This document shows, one piece after another, positions 12,200 through 26,791 of a stretch of DNA of 64,000 bases (positions are counted from its first letter, which is position 1; each line of letters begins with the position of its first letter). Source of the stretch: Nemertoderma westbladi (taxonomy: Eukaryota; Animalia; Xenacoelomorpha). The stretch is taken from assembly GCA_032718475.1 (NCBI GenBank), contig JAUCBJ010008395.1, positions 1 to 64,000 on the forward strand, written 5' to 3'. The position numbers and the translations under genes were made by a program. The notes under the pieces were generated by a model. The model was given only the letters and a program-made list of their open reading frames with translations. It was not told where the DNA came from and made no database searches.

Positions 12200-13938
12200 A
12201 TGTCTGACACTCAGCAAAACCTGTCAGACAGTCTAATCGATACAACCATCTGTGACACAGATAGGAGTGTGGAGCGATTAAGAAAGGAGTTCAGCTCACC
12301 TCCTACTGAAAGAAAAGTCATCCCTCCAGTAGTGGTATCGGACCCTAAGCTAATCCAACACCGTAGGTCTATCATCGGCACTCGGGCCCAAGTCAAACGG
12401 AACCAGGAAGCAGCTGTCCCACAGCAGCAACAGCCTAGTCAAGAAACTTGTTCCCAGCGATCCGATAGCTCCAGTAGTTCGGATACTGTCGAGCTGACCC
12501 CCGAACGCGGATTACAGATGACGGCTAAAGCCTACTCTGACCCCCTTCTCACCCTTCCTGCCGCAGTGCTAACTACTATATTGATTGCGGTGGAGGAACA
12601 TCAAGCCGACTGGGCGAGAAATAAGCGAGCGACCCAAGATAATTATGCGGGATACGCCAGGGAAGAATTGATGTCTATTGTCGAGTCACAATGGAACTTT
12701 CCCGGACCCGGACTCCCGTTAGATCTGTCCGAGGCTACTTGGGAAGATATACACAGGATGGGAGTGGCTAAAGATACGATGGATCCAGCTGTTTGGAAGA
12801 GGTCGGCAGCAGGATATGTGCAGGGATTCTTCGGCTCCTTAGAGCGATTAGAAGAACAACTGTTTCGACAACCCCAAGGACCTCAAGAGCAGGAAGAACT
12901 GCTATATCAAGTACGCAAAAGAACCCTATGCATTCGACTAATCCTATCAGCTTTTGAGGAAACTTCCAAAAGAAGACAGGACACGTCGCTGCAGGTAGCT
13001 GTCAAAACTTGGTTCCAGCGGGTAGGTCTCAAAGTACAAGAAACGGACCAGTGGAAATCCCAGCTGTCTGAGAGACTAACCTATGAAGAACCAACCGATG
13101 CCACCCTTTTTCAAGTGGAAGGCGAAGACACCGCAGAGAGACCACGAACGAGAGAAGCCATCGACATATATCTGTCCGACTATCAGCGATTCCTAGGAGA
13201 CGAAGAGTTGAGGAGACGGCTGTCTGGACTTTCCCCTAATAGTGAAGGAACCCAGCGTGTGTTAGACTCAATCGATGCTGAAATGTTAGCTGCTAACCAA
13301 GCTGAGTTTGATGAAAAACTCCGCCTCACTAGAGTCCAATAAGAACTAGTAAAGAAAAAAAGGATAGAGGACCGAAAGGCAGCTGCAGTAACAGCGGCAA
13401 TGGCCGAAGTGGAAGCAGAAAGAAAGGCAGCTGCAGTAACAGCGGCGGCAGAAGCAGAAGCAGAAAGAAAGGCAGCGGCGGCAGAAGCCGAAGCAGAAAG
13501 AAAGGCGACTGTGGCAGCAGCAAAGGCAGTGGCAGAAGCAGAACGGAGAGCCTCTGAGGAGACTACCCAACTGGAGTTGGAAAATCTGCAAGAGACGCAA
13601 GAAAACATAAATAAACAGTTAACTGCTAGTCACATGCAGATGATGAGAAAATCTACTCCCAAACGCCAAGGATATACGTCATCGGAGGAAAGCGAAACCA
13701 CCGATCCTGAAGGCGGAGGAAATAGATCTCGTCTAAGCAGGCGTAGAAAAACATCTTACCGTCACAAATTGCCTGATTTGCCCCCAGCTGTTAGAAGACA
13801 ATTAGCTAGCACAGACTTGAGTAGTATAGAACCTACAGACCAAATTATTAAGGTCAAAAGACTCCCTACTATAGTTGATGAGCCTGAAATAATTAGGCCT
13901 GTCGTTCCCAAAGTCACTCCTGTGTTAGAGACCCCTGT
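12200..13938 (+). pseudogene. Truncated gag of the A family (N-terminal ~580 codons, in-frame TAA at 13340-13342)
   Basis: Near-identical to the start of ORF 23276->20763, which has GAA at the position of this stop. The sequence switches to LTR sequence after ..GAGACCCCTGT. Confidence 0.93.
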
Positions 13939-14714
13939 TATAGAGCGTATAACTGTTATCAGTGCAGTCCGACTCAATCGGCACATACATTGTCATATCA
14001 TATCTTAACCTACCGTCTTAATGCTTTTTACTGTTGTCATATTTTGTATTAGTTGGTTGAATATTATTTGGAGAACATTTATAAAGAACCCAAATTTCCC
14101 AATTTTCTTGATACACTACAGGTTAGAGAGACGGGTTATATATAGCGATTGCGACTTATATTATTGTGGTTTGTAGTGAATTTAATGCTATTTGATAAGC
14201 ACTACATGAATCCGTTGCTGTTTTCTTTATATATGATAAAATTCATTGACGGTCGGCAAATTAGTGAGCAGTATTGTGTGTTACCGGTAGTGTGCATGAT
14301 TGTGACTGATAACTAAGCATTTCCTAAAGAATGCGCCTCATACGTGAATCATAAGCCTTACCGACTTGCCGTTGTGATTAGTATAAGTCATATCTCTGTT
14401 TACCTAGATAGAGCGCCACGTCCTAAAGGAACTGTTAATATTTTCCCGAAAGTAAATAATATTAGTCAGAAATTTATTAACGATCAATCGAATAATACAA
14501 TACAGTAAGCTTACACTGTAATAATAATCTAAGCCCTCAGAATCCAGTCTCCCGGGTATATCCAGCGGGTGAATGGACGCGCACTAGGCTGGCTTCTGCT
14601 AATGTTGTGTTTATTGGTATTAAATATTTGTCATCTTCTAAAGTCTATTTATAAACCAAAAGACATATAAATTTTGGCAGGTTAAACTGCTAAAGGTCTT
14701 CAAAAGCGCGTACA
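13939..14714 (+). repeat. 5'-truncated, chimeric A-family LTR (3' LTR of nested copy A')
   Basis: Matches the LTR from ~position 488 to the terminal GCGCGTACA, followed by AATAT (TSD). Confidence 0.92.
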
Positions 14715-15162
14715 AATATCGCACGAAGCAATGTCAGTGTGAAGAGGCAAGTCGTTTCCAAGGTCTACCCAGAGCTTGGCTTAGCCGAGACACGAGGATC
14801 TGAACTTTGCATTCCTAATACTCTGCCTACCAATAATACTTGAATATAGTAGTGGCTTTATTGTACTTTAAGAAGTACGGACATTTCATCTTACTGTAGT
14901 CACGTATTTATAATATGATACGGACAGTAAGGAAAGAGAAAAATAATTATTTTCTCGCCGTCGCACTAAATATATATTATAAGTAATTACGTACGTAATA
15001 AACACTAATATATTGCACTAATCTACTAAATAATCACTAAAATAACATTCTACTAAATAAAATTGAATAAAAACGATTATAATAAAGTACATAATAAAGT
15101 TCTCATATAAAAATATAACAAAATAGATAAAATAATATAGTCATACACCCACTCCAGACGTA

Positions 15163-18100
15163 TCACGTGGGGGAATCCCTAGATGTTTGAGGAATTAGGG
15201 AGGTGGTCGTGGGAAGAGTGTCTTGCCTTCCATAGTTCCCGGAGAGTTCTCTGTCTCTTTCCAGTAAACATAAACGACCAACTGGGCGATTGAGTTGTTG
15301 CGTCTCAAAGATTATGCCTGGCTTCTTGAAGTTACGCCGCATGACGATGAGTTCTACCGAGCGTACTAAACCATCATCTGAGATGTGGGTCTCGATGATA
15401 CGACCTGTCTGCCACCGTTTACGTGGGAGGTCTGGATCTACAATAAGCACCATATCTCCGGCGCTGACGTTTTCTTACTGCGCAAACCACTTAGTTCGAA
15501 GCTGTAGCGTGGGCAGATAATGTTTCTCGAAATGGTCAGCGAAACGACGGGATAGCAGCTGCATAAGTTGCCAAGTTCGACGGCAGTATTCGTCTCCGTC
15601 GGCAATCTCCGATCGTGGGAGCATGGCTACAGGTTTCTTCAGTAGGAAGTGCGCGGGTGTTAGCGCTTCCAGGGAATCGGGACTCGATGAGACTGGCATA
15701 AGCGGTCTCTCGTTGAGATAGGCAGCTATTTCCTCCATTAATGTCCGCAAAAGTTCGTCGGTGAGATACGCGCGGCATGGCACTATAAAGTGAAATGCCG
15801 TCTTGACACTTCTAATTAATCTCTCCCAACTTCCTCCCCACCAAGGGGCGTCGGCGGCGTTGAAGGTCCAGCTAGACGCTGTTATCCTTAGCTGGTCGTC
15901 CACCTGTCTTTGGTTCCAGTCCTTCACGTAAGCCTGTATTTCGTTGTTGGCACCAATGAAGTTCGTTCCCTTATCCGATCTCATGGTATTACTCGTCCCG
16001 AAGCGAGCGATCTGTCGTCGTAAACTTAAGACGAAGCTGTTGGTAGATAGATCGTTCACCATATCGAGATGGATGGCTCTACAAGTCATGCACACGAAGA
16101 TGACACACCATCTCTTGACTATAGTCCTCGCACGATATACTTCAATAGGGCCAAATAAATCTACACCAGTATTAGTAAAAGGTGGTTCATAGAAGCTTAC
16201 TCGTTCCCTAGGTAATTCTGCCTCTCGCTGTGTTAAAGGCCTACTGAATGCTTTCCTACAGGGTATGCAGTTCCTAAGAACTTGGTTCAGAGCTCTACGG
16301 GGTTTATCAAAATAATAGCGAGTTCGAATTTCGCTAAGAATTCGTTCTCTACCAGCATGATAAAGTTTACTGTGAACATCTACAATCATCTTGATTTGTA
16401 CTTCAAGATTTCTAATAAGTATGGGGAATTTGGTGTCAAAGGATAAGGGCGCGTTGGTGAGTCTTCCTCCAACACGTATTAACCCATCTATCATTGTGCT
16501 CGAGAATCGATCCCTTAAGCGCATCTGCGGGTTTCTCAACAACAGGAAATACTTATCGGAATCCTCAAAGCATTGCAGGAGTCTCAGTATCTGCTTATTT
16601 GTTACTTCATGCTCCTGGTGACTAATTTTCTCCTTTAGAAAACGGTCAGATGTCTTATATTTGGGTAAATTTTTAATAACATGAACTTGTGCAGATGTCA
16701 ATGGAGCGTTATCACTAGTGGTCTTCGTCCTGGAGTAGTGATGATGAAAACATCGTCTTAAATATGTGACGGCTTTACAGAGCCGATTCCAGGAACTGTA
16801 ATGATGCATTGCTCTCTGCAGCATGGGTGAGATTCCTTGCGAGACGTCTGGTATTCCAGATTTCCAATCTCTATCTCTAATTTCCACAACAGACTTATTT
16901 GTGTTGAGGGATTGTGGATCCGAAGCATCATTCCCGGAAGTATGTAATACAGATAGATCGATAGTCGGTTTAAATAACTTCGATTTACTCGCCCGGGTTT
17001 TAGGTTTGACTGTCTCCGCTCCCTTGGCTTGTCTAATCTCTGCCGTAGTAAGGTGAGGAGGCCATTCATCCTCTTCCTTGCTCAGGAAGTCGGGTCCACC
17101 CAACCAATCTGGAGTATCTATCAGTTCCTGTGGAGTTGCTCCCCTGGAGGCGATATCGGCTGGATTAATCATACCAGGGCAATGTCTCCATTGATCTATC
17201 TTTGTGCGACTAAGAATAATAGCTACTCGGTTAGTAACAAAAACGCTGAACTGACAGACTTCGTTGGTTAGATACTCCAACACGAGTAAAGCGTCGGTCC
17301 AATAAACCGTTTTCTCCAGTGGGTAGTCGATTTGTTCCGTTACGTTCCGGCCGATGGCTGTAGCGTATAAAGCCGCCTTTAACTCCGCTCGAGGAACCTT
17401 TAACTTGTTGTTAATCAACGCCTTAGAGGTAACCAAGGCGACTTTGATTCCATCCGGGGTTTCGACTCGCAGATATGCTACTATACCTATTCCCATGTCG
17501 CTGGCGTCTCCAAACACGTGGAGTTGATAGGAATACGTAGGAAGAACATGGCCAAAATATGCACGGGAAATTATAAAGTTCTCGATGGCAGGTAGAGAAT
17601 CTTCCCATTTCATCCATTTCTTTAACAATTCTCCCTTAAGCGGATCATCCCATGAGTGGTTTTCAAGCCACATTTGTTGCACTAAACTCCGAGCAATCAA
17701 TATAACTGGGCTAATAAATCCCAATGGGTCGAAATAAGTGCTCAGGATGCTTAAACAAATCCGTTTGGTCCGAACTGGATTATCTCGCTGTTTTAACTGA
17801 AAAAACAGGATGTCTCTTTCAGTGTCCCACTTCAAGCCTAGTGTCTTGGTTTCAGGAAGATCGTCCTTTATTAAGTCTAGGTCTTTCGTTCCTCGGTCTT
17901 CTACCGGTATGGCTTCCAGAAACTCACGGGAGTTGCTAGTGAATTTCGTCAGTCGAAATCCACCTCTTTTCAAACACTCCACCGTTCCTTTCGCGACAGC
18001 TATGGCTTCTTCTACTGATGGAAGGGACCTTAAATTGTCGTCCATGTATATATTCCGTTTGATGTTGTCAATCACCTCTTTTGAGAAGGAGTCTCGGTTG

Positions 18101-21100
18101 TCATTCGCAGTGGTTCGCACCACGGAGCAGGCGTTGGAAGGGCTTGATATGATTCCAAAGGCCTGGATGGTCATCCAGTATTCTACCGGTTTCTGATTGA
18201 GGTCTCCTTCAGGCCACCACAGAAATCTCAGGCTGTCTCTATCTCTATCCAGCGCCTTGACTTGTAAGAACATTCCTTCGATATCGGAGGCGAACGCGAT
18301 GGAATATTGTCTTAATCTTAAAAGTATTCCCAACAAAGATTGGAGTAAGTTGGGTCCTGGTAACAACTCGGAATTGAGGGATTGGCCCATATATAGGGCG
18401 GAGCTATCGAATACGACTCGTACTTCGTGTGGTTTACCGGGTTTGGGAACGTAATGATGTGTTAAGTAATACGTTCTCTCAGTCACTGGTGTTCCTTCCG
18501 GTACTCGCTCCGCGTATCCCTTTGTTATAAATTTCTTCAGCTGAGTTTGGTACATTTCTTTCGCTGAAGCATTAGCTGTAAGGCGTCGATATAATTGAGC
18601 GATTCTTTTCTCTGCCAAGGGTCTGTTATTTATAAATCTAGGTTCTCGTTTTCGAAATGGTAGGCCGATTTCATACCTACCTTGGTCCTTTAAAAAACGT
18701 GTAGTTGTTTCCTGGATTTGCTTGGCTCTTTCTTCTTCTATCGATAGAGCCTTATCATATGAATTGGGCTCTACCAGTTCCTGAGTAAAGAATCGTACGG
18801 CTAGTTCGTCCCGAGTTCTAGCGTTGCAGCGCTCTATCTCATTGTTTAGTTCGTCATTGTAAGCGATGGGTTCCGATGGGCGAATCAGTTGACATAGGTT
18901 CACCTGATTTTTCCAAGTTTGGTTTTCTGTAAGTAGGTCGATGGTGTTCTCTTGATCGAAGAGTTGGTAGATGTCGTCATTATCTGAAGAGTATGGTGTT
19001 TCCTCAGTTAGTTCATCCACCTCACTGCTCTCCTCGCTCCAATCACTCACCTGGTATACTCGTTCTTGTGGCCTTCTCTCTTCGAGAGTCCTGCGGGAAG
19101 GGCCAGTAAAGTACCAACCTACTCTAGTTCTTACCGCATAGGTTTGCAGTGGCTGCGGTTGAGCAGGCCGTTTCTCTAATGTTTCGAGCGCCTCGTGCGC
19201 GTTTTGGCCGATGAGTATTTGCACTCCAGGATAATCTGTCTGGAATCGAGGTATCTTAAGATGTTGGATGCTCTCATCTTCGTCCCAATTATAAAGGTCT
19301 GCTTGAGTAGTAGCGAAGTTCTTTATAGCCACAATTTTTACTGACCTTATACCTTGTGCTCCTAACTTATCCTGGGGGGTGGACAACACACCTACATAGT
19401 AATCTGCCGTTAGGGTAGATTTCCAAACCTGCATAATTCCTGACATATTCAATTTAGTCCGGAATTTGGGTTGTCCAGCAAAGATATCTTCGGCTAATTC
19501 TTGATCGATGAATGTTCCTGTGCTGCCGGAGTCAAGGAGTGCGTTCACTATGTAACTGTGGTTAGGACCGTGAACTCTTACCTGCACTACAGGAAATTCT
19601 CTGATTCCTACGTTGGAAGTTGGAGCTTTCCAAGATGGTTGTTTGGCAAAAGTAGTTGGGGGAAACTCATTGTTGGTGTCCTTTTCATAAGTAAGTGCTC
19701 GATACACTGCGGTATTGATTAGATAACAGGATTCGTTGGCGTCGGAGAATTCGTCAGTATAGAATCCTTCCATCTCAGACTCCTGATCAGTGTCATTTAC
19801 ATCACTGAATTGGACATGTAGTTCGGGCTCACTTACCTGACTCTGTTTGTCTCGTTCGAACTCACTGTGTAACAAGATGTGATGTTTCGCGCCACACTTT
19901 GCACACTTTATGTCGGAGTAACAGGTTCGCCATTGGTGTCCTGGTCTGAGGCAATTATAGCATAACCGCTTGTCCCACACAACTGCACGTCTGTCTACAA
20001 GGGATTTCTTTAGAAATTCAGCACACGCACTCAAACGGTGGGTCCCGTCGCACAGCGCACAGTTAGGTTTTATGTTACTCACTTTACCTTGGGTAACTTG
20101 ATGCACTCTCGTTTTTTCTTCGGGTTTTCTTCGGTGCATTCTGTTAGGAGACTGAGGGGGGGTCTTGGCGACCTGTTCTCTCCTATCGTTGTTTCGAGCC
20201 TTGTATTTACTTACATCTTTTGATGTTTTGTCAACGTAGTAAGATCTCTCAGTGTCTTTCCCGCTATCCTCTTCTTGAGAAGCTTGGCTTTCGCCGTCGT
20301 CAGTGTAACACACCGGTGTTACTCTTCTCCTAGAAGCGGGTTTCTTACTTACCTTATTTTCCGATGTTTTCTCTCTGGACTGCTTGATGAGTTGTAGTTT
20401 TACCTCACCATCTAAGAAGGACATGAGATCAGCCATGGTAGGACTTCGTCGTTGTTGTTCATTCATGTACAACACTTTCTTGTCCCAACGTGTACATACT
20501 CCACCCTTGGGTAAAGTAGAGACTACTGCTCCAATAACCATGGAACTCTGATATTCATGAGACTTACCTAACCAGTCCAATTGTCTACAGATTTCCTGAA
20601 TTTCATCGGAAAACTCTATAATCCCGCTACTAAGGAAGTGTCGGGGGGCTACTAATTTTGCATACAAATACTTAGCTATGTTATCCTTGTTACCATACCT
20701 GATGTTTAATGTATCCCAAACTTGTCTCAATCCATCTGGATGTCCAATAAACTTTAACGCCATTAACCTGGGAGGTCCTTCCAAGCACTTGATGAGGAAC
20801 CTAAGTTTCTCTCCGTTAGATTAGATAGTACAGAGTTTTGTATGCTATCTTTGTAATATTTGTTGAAAGGTAACCATTTCATCTCATCTCCATTGAATTT
20901 GACGATCTCTCCCACTTTGACCGCTTGGCGGGCTTCTGTTCTAGCCATCTGACGCGTAAAGCTTTCTTGGGCCATCGTGTTATTTAATATCGAATTATCG
21001 GTATATAAATTTCTCGGATCATTGTCAGGTCTATAAGGGATATCATTGATAACAGGTCTATAATCACCCTTAATAGGGTTTGCTATAGGAGTTTCTACTT

Positions 21101-23276
21101 CACTAGCAGTATAGATGCGGGTAGGCTCCACACCTTGCGCATGTACTACTTCAGACCTAACAGGTTGACACAATTTTACAGGGGGTATTGGTATTCCCTT
21201 TTGGATATTGACTAATTTGTCGCGTTCTAGCGCGATACTTTGCTGCACTTCTTGCAATTCGGCCCTACCTTCCCTTACTGTTCCCTTAAGTTGGTAGACA
21301 GTCTCCTGCATCTGTCCGAGCAGGAGATTCATCCCCCACCGTCCCTCCTCTACCCACTCGACCGCCGAAGCGGGAGTCGCCAACATTGTAGCGGGCTGAC
21401 GTGGGGCGACGGGAGACAAATCTTTGATTTCTCTCTCAGCTTCCAGGACAGGGATATTCTCATGGACTGTTCTACCGGGCACAGGCAGTGTAGTACTGTG
21501 TAAAGGGAATTTAGAGTTAAGCTCTGGAAGTACAGGGGTCTCTAACACAGGAGTGACTTTGGGAACGACAGGCCTAATTATTTCAGGCTCATCAACTATA
21601 GTAGGGAGTCTTTTGACCTTAATAATTTGGTCTGTAGGTTCTATACTACTCAAGTCTGTGCTAGCTAATTGTCTTCTAACAGCTGGGGGCAAATCAGGCA
21701 ATTTGTGACGGTAAGATGTTTTTCTACGCCTGCTTAGACGAGATCTATTTCCTCCGCCTTCAGGATCGGTGGTTTCGCTTTCCTCCGATGACGTATATCC
21801 TTGGCGTTTGGGAGTAGATTTTCTCATCATCTGCATGTGACTAGCAGTTAACTGTTTATTTATGTTGTCTTGCGTCTCTTGCAGATTTTCCAACTCCAGT
21901 TGGGTAGTCTCCTCAGAGGCTCTCCGTTCTGCTTCTGCCACTGCCTTTGCTGCTGCCACAGTCGCCTTTCTTTCTGCTTCAGCTTCTGCCGCCGCTGCCT
22001 TTCTTTCTGCTTCTGCTTCTGCTTCTGCCGCCGCTGTTACTGCAGCTGCCTTTCTTTCTGCTTCCACTTCGGCCATTGCCGCTGTTACTGCAGCTGCCTT
22101 TCGGTCCTCTATCCTTTTTTTCTTTACTAGTTCTTCTTGGACTCTAGTGAGGCGGAGTTTTTCATCAAACTCAGCTTGGTTAGCAGCTAACATTTCAGCA
22201 TCGATTGAGTCTAACACACGCTGGGTTCCTTCACTATTAGGGGAAAGTCCAGACAGCCGTCTCCTCAACTCTTCGTCTCCTAGGAATCGCTGATAGTCGG
22301 ACAGATATATGTCGATGGCGTCTCTCTTTCGTGGTCTCTCTGCGGTCTCTTCGCCTTCCACTTGAAAAAGGGTGGCATCGGTTGGTTCTTCATAGGTTAG
22401 TCTCTCAGACAGCTGGGATTTCCACTGGTCCGTTTCTTGTACTTTGAGACCTACCCGCTGGAACCAAGTTTTGACAGCAACCTGCAGCGACGTGTCCTGT
22501 CTTCTTTTGGAAGTTTCCTCAAAAGCTGATAGGATTAGTCGAATGCGTAGGGTTCTTTCGCGTACTTGATATAGCAGTTCTTCCTGCTCTTGAGGTCCTT
22601 GGGGTTGTCGAAACAGTTGTTCTTCTAATCGCTCTAAGGAGCCGAAGAATCCCTGCACATATCCTGCTGCCGACCTCTTCCAAACAGCTGGATCCATAGT
22701 ATCTTTAGCCACTCCCATTCTGTGTATATCTTCCCAAGTAGCCTCGGACAGATCTAACGGGAGTCCGGGTCCGGGAAAGTTCCATTGTGACTCGACAATA
22801 GACATCAATTCTTCCCTGGCGTATCCCGCATAATTATCTTGGGTCGCTCGCTTATTTCTCGCCCAGTCGGCTTGATGTTCCTCCACCGCAATCAATATAG
22901 TAGTTAGCACTGCGGCAGGAAGGGTGAGAAGGGGGTCCGAGTAGGCTTTAGCCGTCATCTGTAATCCGCGTTCGGGGGTCAGCTCGACAGTATCCGAACT
23001 ACTGGAGCTATCGGATCGCTGGGAACAAGTTTCTTGACTAGGCTGTTGCTGCTGTGGGACAGCTGCTTCCTGGTTCCGTTTGACTTGGGCCCGAGTGCCG
23101 ATGATAGACCTACGGTGTTGGATTAGCTTAGGGTCCGATACCACTACTGGAGGGATGACTTTTCTTTCAGTAGGAGGTGAGCTGAACTCCTTTCTTAATC
23201 GCTCCACACTCCTATCTGTGTCACAGATGGTTGTATCGATTAGACTGTCTGACAGGTTTTGCTGAGTGTCAGACAT
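15163..23276 (-). pseudogene. BEL/Pao Gag-Pol polyprotein of element A (~2700 codons), disrupted by a frameshift at ~20810 and an in-frame TAA at 15475-15477
   Basis: Three Gag knuckles (CALCDGTHRLSAC, CYNCLRPGHQWRTC, CAKCGAKHHILLH), protease LLDSGS, RT YMDD, RNase H FGDAS, integrase HSKLYH..CIPC, DLFGP, SDKGTNF, WERL, and C-terminal DDGLVRSV. Order PR-RT-RH-IN. Confidence 0.95.
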
Positions 23277-25506
23277 GTTTAGCTATACAGTTGAATGCTT
23301 ACTGCTATAGTTACAGTTAAAGCAAGTCTAGTAATTCAGTATGACCGTTGGCCTAGTACCGGTAATTTATCGCAGTATATTAGAATACCGGTATACACTT
23401 ATAGTATATATAAGTATTGTAAACTAGGTTTGTCACAGAGTACCGGTATATAATTTTAGCACAAATATATAAATATATAATAGGCCTATCGTGAATACCG
23501 GTATACAGCTTACACTGATAGTATATATAAGTATAATTATGGACTAGAATTAATTACAGAGTACCGGTATGATTTCAGCTCAAATTTATAGAAATAAATA
23601 TAATAAGCCTATGGTAAATACCGGTATGTCAATTATTTTAGAATAATTGAATTTCTGAATATTTTAGGGTTACTTGGTTACTTTAACTTACTTTGTTACC
23701 GTTATTTAAGCAGTAGTCCAACTGATATTGAGACCTAGTTGTTGTATGGCAGGCCTACTATTTATAAATCGTTTAAGTTGATTTATAATAGATATATACC
23801 CGTTTAAAATGGGTTTTGTCAATATTTGAAATAAATGTTATTATTTCTGGGGTCACTACACAGAAGCTATGCGCTCTCAGTGGAGTGCTACTTATGGGAC
23901 ACTAAAACTGATAATTCTAATTTACCTAAGTTACTTAATACTACAAATTACTTACGATACGGGTGAGATTAATTCTCTAATTAAACACAACAAAAATATT
24001 ACGTACGAAATTTTAGGGTAATTTTACAGGAAGTCTACAAACCAGCCTAACAAAGGGTTAGAATTCTGGTTATTACAACGGACAGGGTACTACGGTATTT
24101 GAAATAATAAGTAGTAGTAAATATATTGCACTGTCCAGATAGGAAAATACCACCGCCTGACGACCTATAACTGTATCGCTATAGGTACTACGTTATGTAT
24201 CACGGAGTGTTCCTACCTAGAAGTTAATTACCGCGGACTACCAGATCCAGCGTGCCTATTAACCACTTTACAACACAAATATACTGCCTACACACTAATT
24301 ACTTTCGGAAAGCACTGTACACTAAACCCTAAATTAGGTACAAGCACTGGTACAACAAATAATCAGTAGTTAAATATACTTGAACAGTTAAAAGAACCAC
24401 GGCATCTGCTGGAGTGACCAGAGCACAAAGTCACCAGTCTTGTCCTACGCCAAGCAGCCCGTGTAGTACCGGGGTTAATTTAACTATAACGGTATGTGTA
24501 ACAAACACAATTACTGTAGGAATAAACTTGGGGACATGAATGTTGCGAATAATCGCATAAACTCTGAATAATAAATATTACGCTACCCGTACAGAATACT
24601 CAAACAAAATACAAACCAAACGCTGGCAGACTACTACCAGGCCTAAATAAACTACTGTATGTGCAGATTCCAAAACGGTTAGTTAGTATGCGTTCTAACA
24701 CGGTAGTACGACTTATTCTTTAAGAGGGGATTGACCTTACAGCTATGGCTACCCCAACTTACTAACTGGCACTTTATCAGACAAACTCTACACAAGCAGC
24801 AATCTCTTCAGACCTAATAATAGCTAGACAACAATCCAGCCTACAAAATATCTGAGTAATAACTATTACGGTACCTGAACAGACCACACAAACAAACACA
24901 GGCCAAAACGCTGGCAGAATACTGTCAAGCCTAAATAAACTACAGTATGTGCAGATTCCAAAATTGTTAGTTAGTATGCGTTCTAACATGGTAGTACGAC
25001 TTATTCTTTAAGAGGGGATTGACCTTACAGCTATGGCTGCCCCAACTTACTAACTGGCACTCTATCGGACAAACTCTACACACGCCGCAATCTCTCCAAA
25101 CTCAACAACAATCCGACAACAGTCCGGCCTACAGTTATCTGAACAATCTGAGCAGACTTACACGTCTTCAGCTCAATATTAACTTACTAGGAAATAAAAC
25201 TGACAGAAATAGACCTAAGTAAAATCTCAATAAAAACCAGGCGTCCCCGATTTAATATCGAGACCTACCGTTATACAATAATCAAAATCGAATAATACTA
25301 ATGTACTTATACTGGAAGTACCGGTTAGGACAGTTGGGCCTACGGACCTACAGAAGTACCGGTTCTGACAGTTGGACCTACGGACCTACAGCAGTACCGG
25401 TTCTGGCAGTTGGGCCTACTGACCTACAGAAGTACCGGTTCAGGTTTACCGGTTGACCGGTACTTTCAACTTTATTGCTTACTGCAATAAAGTCAATAAC
25501 TGTTAT

Positions 25507-26791
25507 TGTACGCGCTTTTGAAGACCTTTAGCAGTTTAACCTGCCAAAATTTATATGTCTTTTGGTTTATAAATAGACTTTAGAAGATGACAAATATTTA
25601 ATACCAATAAACACAACATTAGCAGAAGCCAGCCTAGTGCGCGTCCATTCACCCGCTGGATATACCCGGGAGACTGGATTCTGAGGGCTTAGATTATTAT
25701 TGCAGTGTAAGCTTACTGTATTGTATTATTCGATTGATCGTTAATAAATTTCTGACTAATATTATTTACTTTCGGGAAAATATTAACAGTTCCTTTAGGA
25801 CGTGGCGCTCTATCTAGGTAAACAGAGATATGACTTATACTAATCACAACGGCAAGTCGGTAAGGCTTATGATTCACGTATGAGGCGCATTCTTTAGGAA
25901 ATGCTTAGTTATCAGTCACAATCATGCACACTACCGGTAACACACAATACTGCTCACTAATTTGCCGACCGTCAATGAATTTTATCATATATAAAGAAAA
26001 CAGCAACGGATTCATGTAGTGCTTATCAAATAGCATTAAATTCACTACAAACCACAATAATATAAGTCGCAATCGCTATATATAACCCGTCTCTCTAACC
26101 TGTAGTGTATCAAGAAAATTGGGAAATTTGGGTTCTTTATATATGTTCTCCAAATAATATTCAACCAAACAATAGTAAATAGCAGTATAATAATGTATAT
26201 TGAACCGATAATGTAAAACTGAATTGCGATCAGTTGTTATGATAAGATAAGTTGATTGTTATGCACTGATTGTTATGTTATGATAACAGTTATACGCTCT
26301 ATAATTTAAGCCTACTAATGTTTCTTCTAAAGTATGAAAACGAATTGACTCTAGAGCCGGTGTTCCTGGCCTAGATAGAAACAACACAACAGTATCACAA
26401 AAACAGTAAGACTGAACACTCCTAGTATCATCGGCCGAATATCTACACGTCGACAGAAAAAATCGCTCTGATTGGCTCAAACCAAACAAAGAACCGTGCG
26501 TCCAATGGCTGTTTCCATGCCAGCAACCAGCTGCTAGATGTCGCAATCTGAATCATCAAGGCCAAGCCGTGTAAAGGTATTTGGTGCATTGAGGGTTTTT
26601 TGCCTTACCATGTCCGCCAAAACACGTATATAGAAGAATGACTTTTATGTCCGTTAAAACACCTATAACGGTACCTTGCGGGCGAGGGGAATATATATAT
26701 AGTTAGAGAGCCTTTTAGAGTATTCCAGCGCCTGGGGGGAAACTGGATTGGGAAGCAAAAGGGCCAGTTATATCCCACAGAAGCTTTTACA
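25507..26791 (-). repeat. 5' LTR of nested copy A' (1285 bp, diverged variant)
   Basis: Reverse complement runs TGTAAAAGC..GCGCGTACA. Flanked by ATATT (26792-26796). PBS-like ATAACAGTTAT at 25506->25496 and its complement at 26293->26283. Confidence 0.95.

Noticed and set aside
13340-15477. Stop-codon reassignment or readthrough at the TAA codons (13340, 15475)
   Set aside because: The sister copy has GAA at the first site, B is open across the second, and host genes here end in TAA. These are point mutations.
20763-20830. Programmed gag/pol ribosomal frameshift in element A
   Set aside because: The shift falls inside the Gag core (..VLSNLT/EKLRFL.. aligns with B's VLSKGLSSQENLSFL), before the zinc knuckles. 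There is no slippery heptamer, and B has a single ORF. A small deletion or sequencing error is more likely.
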